A stretch of 55,008 bases of DNA, the filler included, from Streblomastix strix (taxonomy: Eukaryota): assembly GCA_008636045.1 (NCBI GenBank). It is 3 parts of 3 records of this genome, joined end to end, with 100 filler letters (N's around TTAATTAATTAA, not from the genome) between each part and the next. Parts side by side here need not be neighbours in the genome. Positions count along the whole stretch, not along the records: positions 18,374 to 36,641 come from SNRW01000623.1; 2 more parts are not named here. One strand, given 5' to 3'. The position numbers and the translations under genes were made by a program. The notes under the pieces are model-generated. The model ran no database searches, was not told the origin of the DNA, and saw only the letters and a program-made list of their open reading frames with translations. This document shows, one piece after another, positions 18,374 to 32,009 of this stretch. Each line of letters starts with the position of its first letter. Positions within the stretch are counted from its first letter, which is position 1.

Positions 18374-20488
18374 AGCAATCTCAGTTTTACTCTCTTTTCG
18401 ATTAGTCTGGAATTTCCTGTCCATTGATGGAACAAAGAAGAGATCGGAGTGTTTACCTGTTGTATGTTATATTATATTATATTATATTAATAATAATAAT
18501 ATATATATAAATAATAATTAATTAATAAATTTATTATTACTATTATTGATGTAATTGTAGGTCTTCGTGTCTGTGAATTTGGAAGCCAGACAAGATGCAA
18601 GAAGGAAACAATTGAGAAGATGAATGTGAAATCCTGGACTGATACAAAAAGTATTAATATAAAATGAATTGGATATTAATTTATTCGTTAAATTCATACA
18701 ATATACAATATATAATATTTATATTTGTTTATCAATTCATATTTTTTTAATAATATATTACTTATTATCTTTATTATATAGGTCTTACTGTTGCATTCCC
18801 ATATCTCGCAAAAGAGTAAAAAAGTGATGTAATGGCTGTATGATTATATAACTATTAATAATTTATTTATTTAAATAATTTATTTATTTAAATAATTTAT
18901 TAATTTAAATAATTTATTAATTTAAATAATTTATTAATTTAAATAATTTATTTATTTAAATAATTTATTAATTTAAATAATTTATTAATTTAAATAATTT
19001 ATTAATTTAAATAATTTATTAATTTAAATAATTTATTTATTTAAATAATTTATTTATTTAAATAATTTATTAATTTAAATAATTTATTAATTTAAATAAT
19101 TTATTTGTTTAAATAATTTATTTATTTAATTTATTTATTTATTTATTTATTTATCAGGTTCGAGAGAATATCAGAAAGGCATAATCAAGGTCAGTTGGTG
19201 TGAGACTTCAATTTGGATCATTACATGGAGGATCACCAGGTCTGTTATTATCCATAATACAAATAATTAATAAGTTAAATAATATAATATATATAATTAA
19301 ATAAAATAAAATAAAATCGAACTATATATTCTTTTACTTATATATTATATATTATTAATTATTCCACACACACATATTACAGGCATAGGAATGGGTAATG
19401 CTGTAGATATGCATAAATCAACAAGAGAATACTTCATCAATGTTCCTGGAGATGTTCTTGTCACATATTTGGTGATTATTGTCCTTGGAATTGTTGGGCT
19501 TATTGTTGGTATATATATATATTTGTTATTTGTATATTGACGTATTTTCTATTAAATTTTTTAAGATATATATATTTATAAATTCCTAATATCTTTCAAT
19601 TCATTCTTTTTATATACACTTATAATTAATATATTATTAATTTAGCTGGTATTGTCTGTTGTATTATGACATGGTTTTGTAATAGAAGAATGAGGAACAA
19701 GTAAAGAGTTGATCCAGGTTTGAATTATATAAAAATAAAGAGGAATGTATTTAAATAGATATTGTTAATGTTATTTTTATTATTTCCAATACTTAAATTG
19801 TTTATTTAATTAATTTAATTTATTTATTATTAATATATATATAATTCCAACATATAAATCCCTCTTCATATATATAACAAATAACAATAGATGTTAATTC
19901 CTCACAAGCTCCATCTGACTAGCAACTCGCCAAATCAGGCACTGGACAATCACACACAATTGATTCCAGACAACAATCCAGACAAACAACACCACAGATA
20001 CAGCCATAAAAATCATCAACATAGCCAGCTCCAATGTCCAGATCACAATCACGTAACCAGTTGCCGACATAAGGAAGTGGTGGTGGTTTCTCATCGCAGT
20101 ATCATTCATAGAGCCCAGCGCTATCATAAGGTATAACAATGCAGCCGCAGACTGCAAATTATGATCAACCCAAATCAGAGGATGTAATGTTTGGAACTGG
20201 TGCGTATTATAATTCTGCACAACCGAGCTATGATCCTGCTCCTTCTTCATCTTCATCTTCTTCATATTCTTCTTCATAATAGGTGTATGATAGTGGAGTT
20301 ATGACTGTAGATACATGTATGTGATTGTTATTGTTATTTATTGATTATTAATGCTATATAATTGAATTTATTTTTAATTAATTTATTTTATCTTATTATT
20401 ATTATTATTTTCTCAATAATAATAATTAACAAAAGAATAAGCACCATCTGGATCAGGAGGAATGGCTTTCTCTTCTGATTATGAGTGA
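18374..20488 (+). CDS. 5'-truncated multi-exon type I membrane protein with Ser/Gln-rich cytoplasmic tail
   Basis: Exons splice to ...VPGDVLVTYLVIIVLGIVGLIVAGIVCCIMTWFCNRRMRNKQRVDP (TM followed by basic residues), then an SQ-rich exon 19891-20316 and a last exon ending SSDYE* (TGA 20486-20488). Confidence 0.7.
18855..19150 (+). repeat. Intronic minisatellite, 17-bp unit TTAAATAATTTATT(T/A)AT, ~15 copies, followed by (TTTA)n
   Basis: Direct periodicity within the intron ~18837-19157. Confidence 0.9.
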
Positions 20489-21368
20489 ATATAGAAATAA
20501 ATGGGAGGGAATGAGTGATTATTAATTGATGTATTGAATAATTAATAATAATAATAATAATAATTAATTCTTCTTTGATCGTAATGCAATGATATTAAAG
20601 AAGATAAATATGGAAAGTAATGAGTCACCATCCACTACACGTTTTTCTTTGTTTTTATTTTCTTTTTCTTTATTATTTTATCTCACTTCCTTATCTTGTT
20701 CAATTCGTTTACTACTTTTTATCTGCTTTACTTGTTTTGAGAGATTGAGTATATTTGATAATGAAAGTAGAATTAGATTTGATCAACTAATAATAATAAT
20801 TGATTGGAATATTATAATAGAAATAATAATAATATAATTATGCTAAATACGAAATTTCATTGTTAAATTGATTGGAATAACATAATAACTATTTATCAAC
20901 TACCGTTTTATCATTTTTTTTTAACTTTCTAGTTTAATTTGAGGTTAATCATTATGTTTCGTTTAGGTTTTTATAACCATTATTAGACTTTGGGGGAAAT
21001 GAAATATATTTTATTTTATTTTACCCATGTTTATTTTATCACCACACTTTTTAATCCGATGATTGCAATTTAAACCCCCAACATCATCTATCTTATATTG
21101 ACGTATGCAACAACTGAATCCTTTTGCAACAGTAGTGTTTTTTGTGCAGAGTTAATGCATATATTAAATACGTCATATTTAGTGACAATAAATAAAGAGG
21201 AGTTGGTATACAAATTGCTTGTATTGACACTCTTTTATTTAATTTTGTTTATTAATTGAGCCATAAAATGTGTGTGGTCGCTGAACACATAGCAAACTCG
21301 TGAAATGAAATGTGTATGATCATAATACAAACACAACAATGAAAGCAAAACTCACTTTAACGTTTAAT

Positions 21369-22944
21369 TCAAAATTGGTTCATAAACGGAAAAGCAGATT
21401 ATTGCTGTAGTGAAGCTGGAATTGCTTAGTTGTTTGGTTACTGCGGGTTGAAAAGAGCGAGAATTGACTGCGATTGAACAGCTGCAGTCTTTTTCGCTTC
21501 CTGACTCTCAAATCTGATTAAGTTTTCTGAATCTGATGTTGGAAGGTGGGGTTATGTGTTTGTATTTAACTGTAATGGTATACTGCTGAATACAGGTTGA
21601 TTAATCTGCATGATTTGATTCTATTATTATTGTTGTTGCTGTTATTATTATTGAGCTAATTGCATCTATGGTGCTTATACTAAACCTTAATATGGTTATA
21701 ATGTTGGAGATTAGGAAGTAGCTTTTGTATTAGAACTTGATTAGAAGATATAAGGAGAAAGAACAGGAGAAGGTTGCATATTGAATAGTTTAGATGTATT
21801 AGAAGAAGTATTAGAAGAAGTATTTGAAGGTGAAAAAACGGGACTTGGAGAGAAATTTAGTGGAGAATTCACACCTTGGTTTGTTTAGATTGAATTCTGC
21901 TTTTATTATTATTATTGAGAAGAAGATGATGATGAACCAAGTAATGCTTATAATGCATTATTATTGTATGGTTATGAAGTGTTATTTAATGAGACTGGTT
22001 GGTATTATTATTATTACTATTATGGTAATGATTGTATGAAACTAATTGAATTGTTTGAACCTATTTAGTTTGCATTTGGAACTTGTTATTATTATGGTGC
22101 TCCTCCAAGCAAGTTTTGGATCTCCTTCTTTATATCATATCCTTATTGTGGGATTGGTGTCTTGGTCTTAATATCAATCAGGTCAAATTCACGTTCAGCT
22201 GGTTTTTATGGTTATTATTATTACTGAGATTATTAAGCCAATTATTATTACTATTTCTATTATTATTATTATTATTAAACACTCTATTTCTATATTGGTG
22301 TATCTAGGAATGGGTCAGGTGGAGGCTGATACTTGATTTATGCAGTTGGTGACTGCGATGGACTCGGATTTCTATCATTCTTAGTTTATTATTATTATGA
22401 AGAAGATTATTATTATTATTATGAAGAATATTATTATTATTATTGAGATTTTTATTAATCAGTAGTCGGACGGCCAGGGAACAACTATGCGTATACATAA
22501 GGGACAGGGCCATCACTCGGAGCCCAGATTCGTCTGACGTATTTGTTTTTGATGAAATTGCGTCGCGCTCCTTCATCATTTGGGCGGTTGTAATCTGACG
22601 GGAGTTTGCTTTCCCAAAAATCGTTCGCTGCCTCGTTGCCCATAGCAAGCATGATGTCAATCTGCTCACGACTCCATTTGTCCATGGTGCAGGATTTGAC
22701 AAATGAGTATTGGGTACCGATGTGCCTGTGCTCGCCACTGCATTGAAAACAGATGTAAATGCCTAAATTCACTGACGACCACTTAGGCGCTGCAATTTTA
22801 TCACAAATAAAAATTATAATATTCAATAAAGGAGATAATTTCTTAAAGAAACAAAATAAAACCTTTTGCTCCGCAGTCAGCACAGAACTGATTGCACTCT
22901 TTTTTCAATTGATCAGCAAGAATTCGCTCATATTCCTTGTCCAT
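21369..22944 (-). CDS. ArfGAP (SMAP-like) with long Gln/Ser/Pro-rich C-terminus
   Basis: MDKEYERILADQLKKECNQFCADCGAK|APKWSSVNLGIYICFQCSGEHRHIGTQYSFVKSCTMDKW...MGNEAANDFWE...RRNFIKNKY contains the CX2CX16CX2CX4R zinc finger. Intron ~22791-22862; ends SAFPFMNQF*. Confidence 0.92.
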
Positions 22945-23650
22945 GAGTAAAACAGTAATTGTTATCTATAATGTAATGATAATACATATAAATATAACAT
23001 TCTGCGAAAAATTATTAATTTAATTTCATTTAACGGGTGTGTTATTGAAAGACTTAAAACGATAAAATTCAAACATCATTTAAAAGATAATGTCAAGGTA
23101 AAAAAAGTTGAAATTTATGAAAATTTTATAAATATAAAGGATGAGTTTAATCATTAAAAAAAATTCTGGTTTAAATAATTAGGAGTGATTATAAACTTCC
23201 GAATCTTTTATCTGAGATTCAAGGCACTTTTCATTTAAAATTTAGATTAAAAAATATATACAATAGAGAATGGATGATAAAAATGAATGAAAATATTACT
23301 TGAAAATCGGTACAAAATAAGTTCTCCGACCTTTTATTGCAAAATATATATTTTTTTCATTTTATACGAAAATTGATTAAACTTCCGTAAAAGAAAGAAG
23401 AAGTATCAACTAAATAAAATAAGTTCATATTTTTCAAAATATTTTATGGATAATAAGAAATGATTAAAAAATGTTTTCTTCTCTAAAATACTTATAAAAA
23501 TATAATTTATATATAAATTTTAGTATAATTTGCTAATTATTATTTATTAGTAGGTAATGGAATGTATGAATTGAAGTAAGTCGCGAGGAATCGATGAAAA
23601 ATGAATTTACATATTAAATCGTTTGTGAATAAAGGTATATTATTGGTTGC

Positions 23651-24000
23651 TCAATCCTTACTTTTCAACTATGGCTCTATAAGAGGATACATTTGCGAGA
23701 TGAATATAATAAACCAAAGTAGCCATAAGCACGCTGCCGTGCCCCAAACGTATGTGAGAAAGATTCTGTCATATCATTGCGCGCAAGTAATTAAAATGTA
23801 GAATTATGATTGTAATTAATTCACAATCATTAAATATGTGGAAAATATAATAAAAAATAGAATATTGTAATAAAATACGATCAGAACAAGCGAAACAATA
23901 CATACTGCTTGTTCTTGGTTCTCCCAACAAACAGTGTGGCAATTAGTGCACACGCCACAAAGAAGAGGGTACCAATAAGTATTACAATATAATCGTTCAT
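23651..24000 (-). CDS. VMA9: V-type H+-ATPase V0 subunit e (Vma9/ATP6V0E), one intron 23766-23905
   Basis: ~70 aa with two TM segments: MNDYIVILIGTLFFVACALIATLFVGRTKNKQIFLTYVWGTAACLWLLWFIIFISQMYPLIEPQLKSKD*. Matches the C.WL.W....AQ..PL..P signature. Confidence 0.88.
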
Positions 24001-24389
24001 TATATTTATAGGTGATTCGGCTTGCTCTTTTTGACGGGAAATAACTCGCTAACATTTACAATATAAATGCTCAATTTTCTATCTCACTCTAATATTTAAA
24101 TTATCCTTTTGAAGATATGATATTTAATATGATAACTTATTATTTATTCAAAGAGTACCAGAAATATTTTTTTTTACAGAAAAACACGATTTTTTTCCAA
24201 ATGTTTGTATAAAAATTTTTATTCTAGCTTCATTTTTGTATATATTCACTTGTTATGTAGAATTTTCTTATTTTGTAAAGCAATATTATACATTCCAAAA
24301 TTTTTCAATTTTATTTTTTTCATTCTCTCAATCATTCTTTCTGAATTCTAACATACATTTTTATTGATGCAGAAGTTAGGAGTCTATTA

Positions 24390-24942
24390 ATGAGTACAGA
24401 TCATCCTCCTAAGCCAACCCCCAAAGCGCGCGCAAACGATGTGCAAGAGGAGTTAAAGCACGTTCGAGAACAGATTGAGAAGCACCAACACGCTCAGGAA
24501 AAAACCCGCCAGGCAATAATCCACATTGAAGTATATATATTCATTCAATACCCATTATAAACACATATTCCCAATTTACTATCAACAGAACAACATCTAC
24601 AAGCACGAAATGGAGTACCTGTAGAACACAGCGCAAACAGGGAACTTCGCTCGTGGTTTCCAAGGCTACAGGCAGAGCGGACAGCCTCTACAAGCTCAGT
24701 TCAAACCAACGGACCGAATCTGCTCGCTTTCGTCCTTCTCATCTCCAGCGCAGGTTGAAGTGCAGGATGATGCTTTCCTATCTCTGCTTGATTGGTGTGC
24801 GAGCACAGGAATGGGGAATTAGTTTATGAGCAATTACAATGGGTACAACGATATCTTCAGAGAACTGTATGAAACGACGACGTAAGGGAAAGAACGCGAG
24901 TATTCTGGGGCTTAGCAAAGATCTAAATCGAGGCAGAATTGA
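24390..24942 (+). CDS. EAF6: NuA4/NuA3 histone acetyltransferase subunit Eaf6 (MEAF6), one intron 24531-24588
   Basis: Coiled N-terminus, then IENNIYKHEMEYLQNTAQTGNFARGFQGY and FKPTDRICSLSSFSS, matching Eaf6 IY..E..YL..T...GN..RG and R.FS.SS motifs. Confidence 0.85.
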
Positions 24943-25078
24943 TACTTGAATAAATTTTCACTTCAACAAATGTTTATTATTCATTTCACTACAGCAATAT
25001 GTCCTAAATTTTCAATTCACAACTATTCATCAGATATAAATATTCAATAGTTCTATTTAATTTTGCTTTATTTTTTCA

Positions 25079-27831
25079 ATGAAGCAAAAAGGAACTTAAA
25101 AAACCAATCAACATAATTATAAGATAGTACAATAAAAATAAGTTTATATAATTATATAATTAAATAATTATATACAGGTAATAAAATATGATGCTGAATT
25201 TGATCTAGAACAAACACCGATTCCAGGTATCGCTCACATATTTCATTTACCATTTATTATTTTTTTTATAAATATATTTCATTAATAGTATAATTAAACC
25301 ATTATTGCTCTAATAATTCGTACAAAGATTAAAAATGCGATTTCCAGCCTCGTTCATCTGAATAAATATTTAGTAATATAATGTTTCAATATTTATTTTT
25401 ATTGTTCACTAGAAATGTACCCATATGATCCAAATTTCAATGGACCAAAGTACTCTGAAGCACAAATGAGAGAGAAAGATTAATAAATTTGGTCTTAAAA
25501 CTAATAGATTAAACAATTGAATGATCAGCTTTCTGGATAGCAGATTGCTCTAACTATGAGTGTACTCAGCCCATTTTCATATTCATTTGATGAGTACATT
25601 CGGCAGTGCCCAGTGAATGCACTGAAGTTGCAAAGTAAACTCTTCGATGCAAAGCTGAAGGGGAAAATTATCAAGTGGAATGCGCAAGTTGTCAGTATGT
25701 GGGGAACTTCTGCCAATCTACTGATTCATCCCAGCTCTGGAGAAACTCCATATAATGCCACACTCCATTTCACACCTGGTATTTTTTTGTTTAATTTATT
25801 TTATTATTTTTATTTTTTTTACTCTAAATATGATTATATCATTTTTAGACACAATACCTGAAAATCTTATTCCTGGAAAATCTACTTGGATTGCAGCTAA
25901 GATGGTAAATTTTGGTATATTTTAACTTTTTACCATTTTTCGTATTAATGAAATATTTATTTATTTTTCCAGGAGATAATTTAAATTAACTTTAATTGGA
26001 AGCTGTTAAAGAATCAAGTGTGAATATTCCTGATCTATCAATCACATATGCTAGAATCAAAGATCTTTTCAATCCTCATGCTTAACAAGCTGCTGAATAA
26101 TTGTATTTAAAATCTTTATTATTAATTAATTTATTCATTTTTAATTTATATTTATAAGATTTGAATCATGGGGAAAAGCTTAATTCTCATTCATAGGGAA
26201 AATTAAATATTTTAATGAGATCACCAATGACTCAAATTATTGTGCATAGTTAGAAGTCATAGTTGTTTAACCATTCCATGACAATGATCTAGAAAAAGTG
26301 ATCATTATTATCAATATAAATGACATTGCCGTTATATCAACTATAAAAGATCACCCACAGTCACATTTTGAATTCATAGTAACACCTTTAGTAAGAAGAG
26401 AAAACAGACACGAATTGTTGCTTCAGGGAATCACACAGATTTTCAGTCATTCTTTCAGAGCATAACAACTTCCAATTAATCTTATACCAGATAATGAATA
26501 GCTTATATAAAGGCGTTCAGCTTCTCCTCCAAATTTTCTTTATAACAGATGGATAAACATTGTTTAAGGTAATAATCCAATTCCTGAATTTTATCCAATG
26601 CCTTAACCTTATCCAATTCCTCCAATACCAAGTCCAAAACCTTATCCAATTCCAGAACCTTATCCAATTCCTCCACCCATTCCTCCATTCCTATTGCCAA
26701 AACCTCCAATTGTGATTATTCCTCCAATTGTGAAAATTCCTCCAATTCCAGTTATGTCTGATAAAGAAGAAGCGGAGCATCATTACATTTGCGAATTGAC
26801 TGCAAAAATGATGAGTGATCCAGTTAGTGTTGGAGATAATTATTTTGAACGTGCTGAGATTATGACTTATATTGAATAAAATAGGTTTCATCCATTAACA
26901 TTTGATACAGCATCTATTTCTGATATAAAAGAAGAACCTGAATTGAAGGCGTAGATTGAACGTATATTTATATATTTGATATTTATTTGATATTTGGATG
27001 AAATATTTATTTATTATTATATTAATATTATATTTAATATCCAAAAGGCTACCTGAAGGACAATCCTTAACGGAGAAATCAAACTCAACCAAAACCAAAA
27101 CCTAAAACTGTTTCTCCTGATGTTGTTATACCTGTTCCAAGAACAATCAATGATGTTCCATAAGAAGAGATTGATCGTCTGATAAAAGAACATGCCATAT
27201 GCCCTATAACAAAGCAGGTATATATATGTAAGGATTGATTATTTTCAATCATATTTATTTATTTATTTCATTTATTTTTATTTCAAAATGATCATTTTAT
27301 TTTATTTGATTTAATTAATTCATTATTTTTCTTATTTATTTTTATTATTATATTAATTTATTAGACAATGACAAATCCATAATTAGCCCCTGATGGAAAT
27401 GTATATGAATATGCTGCAGTTTAAAAATATCTTGGTTTACATTTAGAAATAAATAGAATACATATAAAATAAATCGAATGATTAATAAAATTATATATAT
27501 GTGATATTTACTTACATATTTATTATTAATTTTTTTTATTAACATTTCAATTAATAGATGATCATTCATTCAATTTGCCTTCAGGAGTACATTGTGAACT
27601 TAATTAGCTTAAAGAAGATGCCGGAGCGATCTTTTCATCCATCAGTATTTAAAATAATAACCTTTTTATATAATTTTTATAATTTAGTTTTTAATTTTTA
27701 TTTCTTATAATTTATTTTTAATTAGCTTATTTTTTGTTTTTATTTAATCAATTTCAGGTTTTGCTCAGGAAAATCCAAACCACCCATGCGTGAAAGCAGG
27801 ATATCAAGAATTTATATAATAATAATAATGA
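25079..27831 (+). CDS. Multi-exon protein with possible OB-like region, Pro-rich linker and two U-box domains (putative E3 ubiquitin ligase)
   Basis: U-box 1: HYICELTAKMMSDPVSVGDNYFERAEIMTYIEQNRFHPLT...EEPELKAQIE. U-box 2: AICPITKQTMTNPQLAPDGNVYEYAAVQKYL. Repeated PYPIP linker at ~26600-26750. TGA 27829-27831. Confidence 0.78.
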
Positions 27832-28267
27832 TTTAATTATAAGGATAATAATAATATTTGAATGGAAATACAAATTAATTTGATTGAAGAAAGAATAATT
27901 AATTTGATTAGAAGATAAAAGATTAAAAATAAAGATTGAGAAGTAATAAATGGATATATAAGAAGAATGAAAGAAAGATTTAATTGAATTTGAATTAAAA
28001 TCTTAATAGAAATACTTTCAATTTATTTCAGAGTTTAATTCGTAACAATAATTATTTTCAATTAATTTTTATTTGTAAATCAATATAATAGAAATATAAT
28101 CAATAGTTATATTAGTATATGATTATTTTGTTTATTGAACTCTAAATAGTTGATCATCATATTCTAAGAACTGGTCTATTAGTCATTTAAAATCATTGTT
28201 TTTATTTAATTCATATTCTTTCTTAATCTTTTTGTTTTTCTTTTCTTTTATTATTTCTTTATCTTCT

Positions 28268-30211
28268 TCACCATTGGACAGTTTATTCATTCGCCACGTG
28301 TCCTGAAGTTGGAGCAGATAACTTCTTCAGAGACCTGATGATGCAATACGCATCAGCATGGTGAATTGTTGTCTATATACAATCAAAGAAATGTTAAATT
28401 GTGGCTATTTCTTTGGTCAATTAATAACTTTCATACAATGAAGCGGATTTTCTCTTTTATCCCTGAGATGCATACTGGTTGCTATATTCCAGCAACAAAG
28501 AAGATGATGGTTCCTTTTTCTGAGTCGTATTCCATCTTCACTATTTGATTATCTACGAATCTGGTATTTCCTGCGGTTGTTGTTCCTTTGTAATACACCT
28601 AACCGTTGTATCGCCTGTTAAATCAAAAATAAAAGAAAAGTAATTTTCTGTTATTAAATAATAAATATAAAGCTTAGCATACGCTCCAACATAAGCAGCC
28701 ATATTCTGATCGTCTAAAATATTGGGTTCATAAAAATATAAAATTTGAAATTAGAAAAAATATGCATACGAGGGCTGCTTCCAGGCATAATCCCATCAGT
28801 TGCAATGGTATATGTGTCTTTCACAATGCCAACCGCTAATAAAATAATAAAATAAACAGAAAATAATTAAAAAGTTTAAAAATATTTGATGTCATACCAG
28901 AATGACCTCCTTTAGTGTTGAAAAATTCAACTTCAGTGGCATAGACTCCATTTTCAAGGACTTGGCTCAATGAGAATGTATTCCATTTGTTCTGTTTCTT
29001 GCTGATCTTCAATTGTCCATTGGCTTCAACTGAACTGGAAAAATCTACAGGATCTGGATTGATGATGTTAATTTGAAGTTCTAATATGAATAAAACAAAA
29101 AATAAAATATATTAATAACAATAATAATATATATTTTACCTTATGGCGGTTCAAGTTTCAACTTTTCTTTCTCAGCTTTCTTCTTTTCTTTCTCATTCTT
29201 CAATCTTTCTTTCTGAAGATCTTCTTTCAACTTTTATATTTCTTCATCTTTCTCTCTTTCTTTATTTTCAAGATCTTTAATTAATTAGTCAGTTTATTAT
29301 TCACCATATTTCATCTTCATTTAAATAACTTCATATTTCATCTTTTCATTCTCCTTACTCAATTAGGAGTTTTTCTATTCTACTTTCTATTTCTCAATTT
29401 CTGTTTATTTCCTTATTTCTTCATCATTTTTTGCTTTCTTGATTTATTTTTCAATTTTTTCATTTTTTTCTTTTTCTTTCTCATATTCTTCTGTTTTTAT
29501 TTATTTATCTTTCTAATCATTTAAATTCGTTTCTTCCAATTCAGATATTGTTTGAGTTTTGGATTCAATCATTTCAAGAGCTTTTCTTTTCTAGTTTTAT
29601 TCATCCCTCAGTTGCTTTTCAACTTCTTTTCTCTTTTATAATTCTTCATTTGCAATAATCTGTTCTTTTTCTTTTTCTTCAAATTCAGATACGTATTTCT
29701 ATTCAAAATCTTTAACAAGATAAGATTCATCTTTTAATTCTTATTTTAATCTTTCATTTTCCTTTTTCTGTTTTTCATTCTCTTTTTTGATTCTTCTGTT
29801 TTCATCTTCAACATTTCTTCTTCTCTCAATTTCTTATTATAATGATTATTCTGTATCTTTAACTTATACAATCAATTCATTCTTTGCTTCACTTTCATAT
29901 TTAAATTTCAATTCAATTTCTATTCTTTCATTTTCTTTTTCTTGTAATTTCTTTTCCAGTTCAATTTCATTTTAGAGTTTCACTTTGATTTCTATTTTTT
30001 CATTCTTTTCTTTGCGCAAATTCTCATCGGCTTTATTGAATTTGTTTTCAGCAATTTCTTTCCAATTCTTTTCATCTTAACACTTCTTTTCAAGAATTTC
30101 TATTTTTTCATCGATTTCCGTTTCTATTTCATCTTTTTCACGATGAAGTTATTCGTTTTCCGTTTGAAGTTTTTGAATCAAATTTGCAACTACGATCGGC
30201 TGTTACATCAT
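28268..30211 (-). CDS. Coiled-coil protein with C-terminal SPRY/B30.2-like domain
   Basis: Long E/K/Q heptad region, then WNTFSLSQVLENGVYATEVEF, KGTTTAGNTRFVDNQIVKMEYDSEKGTIIFFVAGIQQPVCISGIKEKIRFI and SLKKLSAPTSGHVANEQTVQW*. Confidence 0.75.
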
Positions 30212-30967
30212 TTTTGATGATCTAATTGATTCTTCAGATATTCTTAATCGGGAAAATGTTAAAAATAATGAAAAAAAATTAATCAGTTTAATGCCGAATA
30301 TATTGAATGAAATAATTAAGATTTAATATAATTTATTGTTAGATGATGCATTTTATCGGTAAATTAAAAATAATAAAAGATGAATAATTTGTACTGATAG
30401 TGCATTTAATAAATCTTTAAAAGAAAATTAAATTACAATAAATGGAGTTATAATGTGGTTAATTAGATAAAATTGCATTTAAATAAAAATTTAAAAACGA
30501 TAGTAAAGAAAAATAACCGTATATTTAAAAACAAAATCACAAAACAGATAGTAGATTGTAAAAATGCTTCAAAAAAATTTAATCGGATAATTAAGCTCAA
30601 AGGAAAGCGAACGAAGCAAAATATTCCACATATATAGGTAATAATATATTAGTCAAAGCAAATTTAAACACTTGGCGCAGAATGGATTTCTGGATATGTG
30701 TAAAAAGCAGTTTCTTTGTCTGAAATAAAACTGCTTGCAACTCTCTGAACTAACATCAAAATGACTTATTAATCATATATCATTTTAGAGAATATAATAA
30801 TTGCTATTGTATTATTATTTATTCTAATACAAAATTATAATCTTTATTAATACAACAATGAAAAAGTCTTTTTTCTCACATCGGAACTGTTTTAAACATT
30901 AATAGAAATCGTATTATTTTTGAAAAATAATTATTTTAGAATTAATTTAATAATTTTATTATTATCA

Positions 30968-32005
30968 ATAGTCCCACTTTGGCAATTGAGGAGTGTATAT
31001 ATATCCAACAACTTCACCTTTATAGAGTGATTGCCATCAACTATTTGAAGTGATTCTTCTGGCCATTCCCCAAACAATGTTTACAATGGGGTGACTATTT
31101 TAAAAAACTGCAAAAGAAAGGATGTAGCGCAGGACTAATTAAACCAACAGACGACCGACGAGCAGGGATTCATACTGGACACCAAATTATACCAACTTAG
31201 TACGGCAAAACCCGCTGCAGGTCGCCGCGCAGTCGCAACTGACATTTGTGAACACATTCCGCTAGAACATTGAGATAGACCCGCTGGACCCTGACTAAAC
31301 AATAACGACACCAGAACAGGTACCACCGAATGCGATAACAGCAGTATGGGCAGTCTTGGTGGGGCTCTTGGGGAAGGAAACGTCGCAAATAGATTTTTAG
31401 GCGGAAGAACCATCAGAAGAGCAAGTGGTAGAAGCTAAACAACGCGCAAGAGCAGCCACGGACTTTGTAACGCGCAGAAAGCCGCCGAAACACAATAATC
31501 CACCAGCGCAACCGTTGCTCGCATTTGACCAAGTTCTCGCAGATCTGGAAACGAAATTGCTGCAACAGTACAGACTGCTACAGGGAACACTGACATGGAT
31601 AGTAAAACTAGACTGGTTAGCAACTCTGAAATACAATTTGTGCTCGTTCATAAGCATATACGACACTATTTATAAGGTAAACATGAAGCGCGCATTGATG
31701 AACACGACCGATCCAGCGAACTCACTGAAAATACAGCCTTCACCAGTAATACGTCCATGGTACAATAATTTAATGCTGAGGTCGTTACGAGCATTACTCC
31801 ATACTGAAGGAGCACATCCAGCTTTTGTAGATACGTTATTAACGAGAATTGTACGCTTTACAGGAGAACTGGACTAGTAACTGAAGAAGCTGACCGCGCA
31901 ACAAGTAATAGATTTGATCAGGAGCTAGTCAATGATAATGCCACCAGAATGAGCAGAGATAGTGTATAAAATTTTTGGAACCTATGATTTTCCGTATGAA
32001 AATGA
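30968..32005 (+). mobile_element. 5' fragment of a DIRS-like retroelement: terminal repeat (~30968-31095) plus ORF1
   Basis: The repeat matches the reverse complement of 53085-53190. ORF1 is homologous to the minus-strand ORF at ~51250-52130. GC content rises abruptly. Confidence 0.75.
31122..31952 (+). CDS. ORF1 of the DIRS-like element, function unknown (gag-position ORF)
   Basis: ATG 31122, TGA-free to 31950 (includes ORF 31425-31877). RRPTSRDSYWTPNYTNLVRQNPLQVAAQSQLTFVN aligns with RRQPSKNSYCKPNFANLIPKIPLQAVAQPQQMFVN at ~52095 (-). Confidence 0.7.
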
Positions 32006-32009
32006 CACT

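Noticed and set aside
19891..20277. His-rich (+) or hydrophobic (-) ORFs from the track
   Set aside because: They are alternative frames of the Ser/Gln-rich exon that splices in phase with the flanking exons.
21110..21136. U5 snRNA loop-like CCTTTTG
   Set aside because: It does not match the invariant GCCUUUUAC loop.
30705..30736. Hairpin aagcagttt...aaactgctt
   Set aside because: A single short stem in AT-rich DNA with no supporting context.
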